From Bilabrum cf. latius (taxonomy: Eukaryota): DNA of 20,000 nt. Position 1 is the stretch's first letter. The number at the start of each line of letters is the position of its first letter. The translations under genes and the position numbers were made by a program. The stretch is taken from positions 1,722,788-1,742,787 of the forward strand of contig OZ237736.1 of assembly GCA_965178125.1 (NCBI GenBank), in the 5' to 3' direction. A model generated the notes under the pieces. It saw only the letters and a program-made list of their open reading frames with translations, searched no databases and had not been told where the DNA came from. Positions 9,801 to 18,488 of the stretch are shown here, one piece after another.

Positions 9801-12800
9801 GTAGCTGGAAGCATTCCTTGGAAGGTTCCGGCGTACTCTCCAACGGACGCCAGCGCCGCATATGGACGAATTCGCTCTTGCATCACGGCATACCGTGCGT
9901 GTTCGAGCCGTGTTCCGTGTATGACTCCTCGCAGCAACTGATCCCGACAGCTATGCATGTACTGAACTGTTGCTGGGTTTGGTACAGCAACTGACACTGA
10001 GCGTTCACCACACACCTCAAAGCCTACGCCAAAACTGCAGTACATGGCCATATCCGCATCCTGTTGCGGCCACAGCTGTCCGTACGGATGAATTATGGCT
10101 GCGAGATCTCTCATACCTCGGCGTTGATGACGTCCAGTCCAAGCAGGTGCTCGCGCCGCGCCGCGGTACAGCTGTTCCCGAGCACTGCGTGTCAGTGTTT
10201 TCCTGCTCACCTTCCTGTTTGTAGCGCCTGACGCCGATCGCTTGCCATCTCCTGTTGGACCAAACCATTCACCTCTGCGGCCTCTGGCAAACTCCTCATC
10301 GCTCTCATCCATTGCGATCTCCCGAGCACGTTCTTCTTCTGCCTGCTGGGCAGCCAAGTCTTCATGAGCTTTGCGAAGCTGTCCCTGTGCTGCCTGTTGC
10401 AAGAGAGACATAGGATTGCATGCTTTGCAGCCCACTCGCTAGGCGTAGAACACGGAGCACCTGGCTATCTGTCTCATCAGCAGTATCATGAGGAAGCAGT
10501 TGTAGTGTGATACTAAGTGCAGATGATCAAGTAAAGAGTCGTGACTCAAAGACCACTCGTAGGAGCTGCTGTGCTATGCTTCATCATTCTCCACGCCACG
10601 TTGCTTAGCGAAGTCGTCGTCCTCATCCACGTCCACGTCGGTGTCGTCTGAATCGCTCTGCGCAGCAGCACCACCGCTTATTCCCACGCCTTCATTCTGC
10701 TGAGCCTCGTCAGAATCAGAGTCAGAGTCACTCAACTAGTCAACGGCTGGGTAGCCAAGCCACCGTACCCAATGAAATGCGCACGAAAGCAACCGGGATG
10801 GGCTTCTGTGCAGGGTGTGAGAGCCAGGCCAGAATCTACTTGTCTGTGGACCAGGTCCACTCCCAGCGTGTGCGAGCGACGAATGGTATCCACCGGCTTG
10901 GCCTCCACCACGTTGGACACGTACCACTAGCTCTGGACCTAGCCAGTCGAGCCTGCTGGCAGCAGCCGTGAGCCCGCAGCCGAAGACGTACAGCACACAG
11001 CTTCGGATCACATCCACATGGGAGCCCTGGGTCCAGAAGCCTTCATGCATACTCATTTCTACAACACCCTCAGTATCAAGCGTTTGCTGCAAGGACTGAG
11101 ACGGAGGTTCGAACGAGTCTATCAGGTCACGGCAAAGATCAAGCAATCCACTAGGTACAAGAATAGATACCGTAGCAGCACCAACATCGAAAAGTTGAAC
11201 GTGGATGTCAGCAGCGAGTCCGCGCAGTATACGAAGCGTTGGCAATTTCGACGATTGATCGTTTGCGTTTTCTGCTTGCGTGCTGACAGCCCTACTCCAC
11301 AAGGTTCCAGAATGCGGCACCACTGAAGCCCACCCTTCCCTTGCAGCCTTGTCGACATCACGATGGAACTATCGGGTGCACTCCTACTCAATTAGTTTGC
11401 TATACTTGGTAACATCAGACAAGGCCCCGGCAGCCAACACCCGGATGCTTGAGCCACCAAGTCCATTCGGACACTTCTGCTGCAGATCGGTCACCTTGGA
11501 TCGTAAGCTATCAATCTGCTCTTGGTCGCAACGACGCTCAGCCCACAGCATCGCAGTTTGCTAGTCTTTGAAAACGTCATCCCCGTCATCAAGGAATGCT
11601 GTCCATGATATGCGCATTGATCCGCCGGCAGGCGGCCGCTGTGCGTGCGGGGCGCGAACTACCACGCCAGTTGAGGGTGATTGAGACAAGCTGGTATACG
11701 ACGGAAGCAGCGAATCTGAGTCATGTACACCTAGAACGCCATCTGTGATCCAGTCCAGCAGTGCATGGTCCGATCCATCAAGCCCCAGTGGGCTTGCCAA
11801 CGTGTGAGGCAGAAAGTGGTTCGAAGTCTCGTCTGCACTGGATCCATTGAGGTCTGCGACAGCTCCAAGAACAGTGAACCCATCTAAATCAAATGCAGAA
11901 TCGCTGTGACAAGACAGCGGTACGTTTCTGGAACCTGGTGCAGACTTGAACGCTCTATATATCGCAGGCTGGTCCGGAATTGTGCTGTCCATTGATCTTC
12001 GCGGAGAGGCCGAGCTTGACAGGCCTCGGCTTGCACTCGGAGTGACGGGCTAGCTGGATGTTCGACTCTCTTTGACAGCGACTTTCTTCCTTGCTGCGGC
12101 ACGAGATCCTTGCCTTCGGACGGCGGGCAATGGAGCGAACCCAAGGCACATGCCTGCCAAGAAGTCCAGGGGGGATGACAGGTGCTGTAGAGGTCCAGAC
12201 TCCGTTTCTGGTTGGGACATCTGATCGAGCGAGCTGCCAGTGGCCTAGCTGGCACCACGAGAACTACTGCTGTGGCTGCTTGCGGCGCCTGACGACTGTC
12301 GACGGCGGCTTGGCGAGCTGCCAGTGGCCTAGCTGGCACCACGAGAACTACTGCTGTGGCTGCTTGCGGCGCCTGACGACTGTCGACGGCGGCTTGGCGA
12401 GCTGCCAGTGGCCTAGCTGGCACCACGAGAACTACTGCTGTGGCTGCTTGCGGCGCCTGACGACTGTCGACGGCGGCTTGGCGAGCTGCCAGTGGCCTAG
12501 CTGGCACCACGAGAACTACTGCTGGGGCTGCTTGCGGCGCCTGACGACTGTCGACGGCGGCTTGGCGAGCTGCCAGTGGCCTAGCTGGCACCACGAGAAC
12601 TACTGCTGGGGCTGCTTGCGGCGCCTGACGACTGTCGACGGCGGCTTGGCGAGCTGCCAGTGGCCTAGCTGGCACCACGAGAACTACTGCTGTGGCTGCT
12701 TGCGGCGCCTGACGACTGTCGACGGCGGCTTGGCGAGCTGCCAGTGGCCTAGCTGGCACCACGAGAACTACTGCTGGGGCTGCTTGCGCCTCGTGACGAT

Positions 12801-13505
12801 CGTGCACGAGTAGCCGTTTCAGGAAGTTCGAATCCCCGCATCTCACTGTGTGCTCCTGACATCTCTGCTCGGGCAGCGAGAGCAGCTTGGGCAGGCAGAT
12901 ATCCAGTTGGCGCGTACTAGCAGCAATCAACCAGCGATACGTATGTATGCAGATCTGACTCCTTAATCAAGTCGTCAATTAATTGTTTGTGAAATATTTC
13001 TGCATCAGCGCTGGGTGTATCGTAGACCGTGAGAAGATCGGCCAGCATGCCATTTTCGATGACATCGCTTGAGACTCCAAGTTCTCGAAGGCACTCCTAA
13101 ATCTCTTCGACTTCGATGCCATCCATCTGCGATATAATAAACTGAAGTTCAATATACTGCGGTTGCTGCTGAGATGTACTCCTATTATCCCAACTGTAGC
13201 TCTGGCTTACTTCAGCTGGCGGATTCGGCTGCTGGGGATCGAAAGTGCGGATCATCTCTAATTTCTCTTCGGATATCTGCGTAACAATGCAACATAAGTA
13301 TGTATTGAGCTGTCTGCGGCGGATAGCAAATCAATACTGCCCATATACTCCACATAGAACTCACTGGAACGTGCTACCAAAACAGAGCTCGACGATTCAT
13401 TGCTCGCTGCAATCTTTTGAGTACTTTGTGCATAGATTGCATCTAGCGTGTATCATCTAAGACTTTACATGCATCGTCAATGGAACACAAGGTTTCGTCA
13501 GACAT
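6827..13505 (-). CDS. Large hypothetical protein (~2,196 aa with the proposed first exon; main exon 13276..6827), TAG read as sense
   Basis: Track ORFs ending at 11561, 10736, 9509, 8843, 7904, 7463 and 6827 share one frame. Manual translation from 13330 down to 6830 finds 22 TAG and no TAA/TGA; the frame ends at TGA 6827-6829 (...GWGFDEKWT*). Proposed exon 1 is 13505..13365 (MSDETLCSIDDACKVLDDTRqMQSMHKVLKRLQRAMNRRALFWqHVP; q = TAG). Contains Ser-rich repeats and acidic tracts; no family recognised. Confidence 0.85.
12229..12788 (-). repeat. Coding tandem repeat, 84-bp unit (28 aa, Ser/Arg/Gly-rich), ~6.7 copies
   Basis: In the long ORF frame the unit encodes S[P/H]SSSSRGASqATGSSPSRRRQSSGAAS with one in-frame TAG per unit; units differ at essentially one base (tgtgg/tgggg). 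Confidence 0.95.
13277..13364 (-). other. Putative 88-nt spliceosomal intron in the large ORF
   Basis: On - strand: donor CCA|GTGAGT and acceptor ttgcattgttacgcag|ATA. The phase-0 join removes the TGA at 13331-13333 and links to an ATG-initiated 47-codon exon. An alternative in-phase acceptor exists at 13310. Confidence 0.6.
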
Positions 13506-13716
13506 CTTTAGGCCGGTTCTGGCGCAAGCAATACTCAACGGAATATTGTGCGCGTCCCCCTCGTGGGGGGCGAGTGCCACCAGTGGGGGGTGCGTGCGGC
13601 GCCGCGCTCGACGGCGGAACACAGTATCTCAAACTGCAAGTGGTCTCGAACATCAAGATTTTTTTGTTTGCTTGCTGGCATTTTGTTTCTCTTCTGCCAG
13701 GCAGTGTGAAAAATAT
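13506..13716. promoter_or_regulatory. Putative bidirectional promoter / 5' UTR region between divergent genes
   Basis: ~210 bp between ATG 13505 (-) and ATG 13717 (+); GC-rich core at ~13548-13618 and a T-rich tract ending in CAG at 13700. Confidence 0.45.
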
Positions 13717-14664
13717 ATGTCAGACCATGCATCACCGTGGGCATTGCTTGGATTGAAGCCTGTAGACTTCGCAACGGAAAATCTCGCAATCCGCCGAGGC
13801 TTGTGTATCGCAGCTTGCGGCATATCGGTTGAAACCGTGCGGTGCATCTTTTAGGATGGTGCCTATGTATCTGCGCGATAGCGTACATCACTTCATAGTG
13901 TAATGCAGCGTATTTGTGCGACAGATGACGGCAAAGTGCTGCGTGTCGACCCAAGCTTCTTGCTTGCGGAAACAGGCCAAAGACACTTGCGTTATGCTAT
14001 CAATAGTATTAAAGAGAAGTCTGACGACGCAATCAGACGTGCCATGATGAAACTGGCTCCACAGAATGGGTTGGCGTTGCATGGAACCGGCAAGCACGCA
14101 CCAAGCTCGTCGAAGCACGTCGAAAAGATGGCATGTGCTACTGCAGCTGAAGACGACACTGCAAATACTCAAAAGGGCTCATACCTGAGATCATCTGCCT
14201 CTGGGTGTGCAAGATCGGAATCGAAAGGCAATGTTGGCTCAGGCTCCAGCCAGTAGCACCGGCGTGCACGGCGGGGCTAGTCCAAGGTCCACGGCCAGAA
14301 GATGCCGACTCAAGCCCAAGTATACTCGTGGCAAGAGGCAGTACTGCATCTGCGAACGCTCTGTGACGCATGCGAGCAGAAGGCTCACCTGACCGGAGCG
14401 GAAGCTCGCAGCTTGGTCAGATTGGCTAGCAGCAGCATCGAACCAGCTCTCGGGCGTCTAATGCAACTGGCGCGCGCAGACAAGTCTAAGAGGTCTGTGC
14501 CACTTAAGCGGACTGCTACAGCGAGAACGAGCCTATCGCGTACACCCGTCGAGTTGCCCAAAAGGAGGAGAGGGGAGAAAAGGAAATTGCTCGCTGGGGA
14601 TGCGACGCCATCGAAAAGGTGTAGGAGCATCCCTGGTGCAGTTTCGTTTCTTTCAGGGAAGTAA
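13717..14664 (+). CDS. Hypothetical basic protein (~315 aa), TAG read as sense
   Basis: Track ORFs 13480, 13903 and 14302 share one frame, separated only by TAG (13852, 13879, 14254, 14278); ends at TAA 14662-14664. Start is uncertain (ATG 13480 or 13717). The C-terminus has NLS-like basic clusters (PKRRRGEKRK, PSKRCR). Confidence 0.7.
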
Positions 14665-14759
14665 ATACTAGGTCAATACAGGTGGGCACTCGCCATCTCA
14701 CTTCTATATCCACCCAACACTCCCCCCTCCTAACTTCCAGCCAAATTGGCACCACGGCG

Positions 14760-14905
14760 CCATCCATCGCCCGCACAAACAACCTCCTTGCCCCGGCACA
14801 GCCACCATGGCCCCCATCCATCGCCCGCACACCCACCCTCCTTGCCCCGGCACAGCCACCATGGCCCCCATCCATCGCCCGCACACCCAACCTCCTTGCC
14901 CCGGC
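14760..14905. repeat. C-rich satellite, 54-bp unit, ~2.7 copies, at the distal end of element copy 1
   Basis: Unit ccatccatcgcccgcacacccaccctccttgccccggcacagccaccatggccc at 14760, 14814 and 14868; the last unit is cut by the telomeric array. Confidence 0.92.
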
Positions 14906-15429
14906 TAGGGTTAGGGTTAGGGTTAGGGTTAGGGTTAGGGTTAGGGTTAGGGTTAGGGTTAGGGTTAGGGTTAGGGTTAGGGTTAGGGTTAGGGTTAGGG
15001 TTAGGGTTAGGGTTAGGGTTAGGGTTAGGGTTAGGGTTAGGGTTAGGGTTAGGGTTAGGGTTAGGGTTAGGGTTAGGGTTAGGGTTAGGGTTAGGGTTAG
15101 GGTTAGGGTTAGGGTTAGGGTTAGGGTTAGGGTTAGGGTTAGGGTTAGGGTTAGGGTTAGGGTTAGGGTTAGGGTTAGGGTTAGGGTTAGGGTTAGGGTT
15201 AGGGTTAGGGTTAGGGTTAGGGTTAGGGTTAGGGTTAGGGTTAGGGTTAGGGTTAGGGTTAGGGTTAGGGTTAGGGTTAGGGTTAGGGTTAGGGTTAGGG
15301 TTAGGGTTAGGGTTAGGGTTAGGGTTAGGGTTAGGGTTAGGGTTAGGGTTAGGGTTAGGGTTAGGGTTAGGGTTAGGGTTAGGGTTAGGGTTAGGGTTAG
15401 GGTTAGGGTTAGGGTTAGGGTTAGGGTTA
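14906..15429 (+). repeat. Telomeric array 2, (TTAGGG)n, ~87 units
   Basis: Perfect hexamer array ending in ...GGGTTA. Confidence 0.98.
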
Positions 15430-18146
15430 CAGTACCATCCTAGGCCAGGCCCGGGCGCCGCGAAAGTATCATGTTCCGCAAAAAGTATCATGTTCCGCAA
15501 AGACGGTGTTGCCGCGCAGTGTCCAAGTGGTCGCAAGATCGCACTGAGGCAGATCTGGGCCAGTTGCAGATATGCAAGCAGTCGACAAGAGGTGCAAGTG
15601 ATTAGCAATGCATATTTGGTGTATGATTATGCTTGTCTGCTTGGTTTACAATGAATCTCGGCCTCGGTCTCCTCGGTGGTGCTGCCCGTGGGTGACGAGC
15701 ACCCAGGGGGCTGCACGGGATGGACGCCCACCCGGCGAGTCTGGACCAAACCGCGTCGTGCAAATTGGGTTTGCCAAGGAGGTGTGCCCTGCTGTGTTTC
15801 GCCCGCGAGAATAGGGGGTTGTCTCCCCGTCGGGCAGGTGCTCCATCCAGCTCGCCCGTCCGTGACTGAGACAGCACGGGCCGCGACAAGTGCGCGAGCC
15901 CGGGGATCAAGTCAGCGGCCGATGGCAGCGAGCCGGCATGAAGCGCGTGCACGAGGAGCTTGCGCTTCCCATGCACTGCCTGCCCCACCTCATTGCGGAT
16001 CTGGGACATCAGGTTCATCGTGTTGCCACACACACCTCCACACTCGACGATCGGATCTACAGAGACACCTGTCCCGGGATGCTGCTCCTCGTCATTGGCC
16101 TGCTCCTTCTCGCCCCGGGGGCACGCGCTGCCTCGAAGCACGCACCCGCGCTCCCGCCCGACTCAAGGACTGAGTGCTGGGAGGGTGCGCGGGCAGCCGC
16201 GTGAGAGGATGACGGGCGTGCCGCCGAAGGCCGAGTCCAGGAGCTGGGGACGGGACGCATCGTTGGGACTGCCCTGAGGAGACCAAAGAATCAACCGCCA
16301 TCCGTACGGATCCCTATACGGTTGGCCGGTCTGACTCTCTGCTCGCCCACCGCACAGATCTGCTCAGTTCCATGCAATGTTTGCCAGAAGCGGCGAGAGG
16401 GTCTCATCAGCACAGGTGGGTCCTAAAGGCTGCCTGCAATGCATAGAAAAAGAATATATCGATTGAAACTAATTAATAGCCCCTCGATGCATGGCAACAT
16501 ACCCGAGTGCTGCCATGAAAACCGGACAACGCACAAGCACGTTAGCAGACCAGCGATGATCCCATACAGATGCCAGAACCTAACAGAAACACCAACAATC
16601 AATTTGAATGAATACAATAGAATCAAAATACCTGGCGGTTGTTGTACTCGGGCTATGCGGTACCTAGCTGTTCTGTCTGCAAACGCCATGGCGCGCCCCA
16701 ATGAGGCGAGACCAAAAGCAGACCCACAGCAGCATGTCACCTTGAACATACAACGACATATGGCAGTAAGTGGTAATTAACATGAATCCCAACAGGCCTC
16801 AGTACAGTTGAGCCGGTATGTGGCGCTGAGAGGTGTGGTTGCGCCAGAATCCGCAAACGGTCGTGAACAGCGGAACCAGCATGCGCGGCGCCGAGGACGT
16901 CCAGCAGGGCAAGCCTGTAGCAGGGTGTGCACCGGTTCACGGTACCGATGCTTGGATGTTTGTGGGCTAGGAATCTGTTTTGTAATACACATGATAGGGT
17001 TAGCCCTAACCCTTCAGAATCGGATGCATGGTTCATTTACTTCCATGAGAAGGGCTGACGTCCTGCATGCACTACATTAGCCCAAATACAACACACGCAC
17101 ATGTCGTCTTGAAACAGTGCACCTCTTTATATTACAGTGGATATAACTCATGGCGAGAGAGGCTTGTCTGTCTGCAGTGCTGCAATGCAGCTCTTCACTG
17201 CTGCACATGCAGCTCGAGGTTCTGCAAGTTATCTGTTCTGCATAGAAAATCACAGAACATGACACCTCACTGGCCTCATGTCCATTTCTCGTCAAACCCC
17301 CAGCCTTCTTGCTCAATTGCTGGGATGTGTACCCACCGTGGAGCGGTGCCAAGAAGAAGGATCTCGATTTCGCCACGTGCCCGTGAAATATCTCGCTGGC
17401 CCATACCACGCAATCCAGCGCCGGGCACTGATGGCGCCATGTTCTGGTCACCACGAATTCCTCTAGGTCGTGACAGTGCTGAAGTCGGCGGCTGCGTGAT
17501 GGCGCTGGAGGCTGCTCCCAGCGGCGGCTGCAACTCGGCAAGGCCGTCACTACCAGCCTTGTCGGTAGGCATCTGCAGCAATCGACCGATTGGATCATCA
17601 TCGCTGCCAGCCCCACTGGATGCTGATTCCGAGGCAGGCCTCAATGGTTCCGATGCCCTGCTGCCGATCGCAGTTCGGTTGAATGCGTTGGCCTCCGTTC
17701 GTTCTGCGGGACTCGAGCTCGCATGCTCGCCGGATTGCCGCATGTGCCTTGATCGCTTCTATTGCCCTTCTTCCTCATCGCTCTCATGGCCGGGCCAAAT
17801 ATGTCCCAACGAATCTAGGCTATGCTCAAGAGCAGAAGTAGTGGTGGATGCCTGTGACAGGATGCTGTCGCCATCGTCAAGAGGACGAGCACGTGTGTAC
17901 ATCCGAAGAACCTAGCTGCAGTGTTGCGATTGAGGTATGTGATACGCACGCCAAAGCTCGTGCCTCTGGTCGGCACTCACGCCTGCTTCTCCTGCTTCTG
18001 CACGTGCTCGGGCCACCATGGATCGGACATCTCCCACAGCTTTCAAGCTTTGAGCTAGTGACCTGCGTACCAGCCCCTTGCCTGCTGCCTTGTAGTACGG
18101 GGCTTCTGATAGTGCAGGCACTACTGATGGACTACAGGGCAGGTTA
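15430..18146 (-). mobile_element. Telomere-associated element, copy 2 (truncated, ~2.7 kb)
   Basis: Matches 4981-7697 (ORF track identical at offset 10449), then switches into telomeric repeats at the shared GGTTA. Confidence 0.92.
17276..18146 (-). pseudogene. 3' fragment (~290 codons) of the large hypothetical gene, lacking its 5' part
   Basis: Corresponds to 6827-7697; cut at ...GLCI|NLPCS by telomeric repeats. Confidence 0.85.
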
Positions 18147-18488
18147 GGGTTAGGGTTAGGGTTAGGGTTAGGGTTAGGGTTAGGGTTAGGGTTAGGGTTA
18201 GGGTTAGGGTTAGGGTTAGGGTTAGGGTTAGGGTTAGGGTTAGGGTTAGGGTTAGGGTTAGGGTTAGGGTTAGGGTTAGGGTTAGGGTTAGGGTTAGGGT
18301 TAGGGTTAGGGTTAGGGTTAGGGTTAGGGTTAGGGTTAGGGTTAGGGTTAGGGTTAGGGTTAGGGTTAGGGTTAGGGTTAGGGTTAGGGTTAGGGTTAGG
18401 GTTAGGGTTAGGGTTAGGGTTAGGGTTAGGGTTAGGGTTAGGGTTAGGGTTAGGGTTAGGGTTAGGGTTAGGGTTAGGGTTAGGGTTA
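18142..18488 (+). repeat. Telomeric array 3, (TTAGGG)n, ~58 units
   Basis: Perfect hexamer array ending in ...GGGTTA. Confidence 0.98.

Larger units (their letters stand above)
4981..14905 (-). mobile_element. Telomere-associated element, copy 1 (~9.9 kb, longest copy; class unknown)
   Basis: Bounded by TTAGGG arrays on both sides. Its left portion recurs at 15430 (offset 10449) and 18489 (offset 13508) with the same junction. Strand is inferred from the major ORF and the fixed-end/variable-end polarity. Confidence 0.85.

Noticed and set aside
10235-10270. Walker A-like GPTGDGKR in the large ORF
   Set aside because: Lacks the S/T after Lys and a preceding hydrophobic strand, lies in a charged low-complexity region, and no Walker B is evident.
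11884-12930. 348-aa (-) and 240-aa (+) repeat ORFs; CRISPR-like appearance
   Set aside because: These are alternative frames of the 84-bp repeat; the third, TAG-containing frame is the one continuous with 6.4 kb of flanking ORF. There are no unique spacers, so it is not CRISPR.
4981-14905. Assignment to a named family (Athena, TRAS/SART, MoTeR, Y', LTR or DNA transposon)
   Set aside because: No diagnostic RT, endonuclease, helicase, LTR, TIR or poly(A) tail is visible; only the architecture is similar.
14682-15654. ORFs with (NP)n, (RV)n or (LG)n tracts, also at 4728-5159 and 17912-18667
   Set aside because: These are translations of telomeric hexamers.
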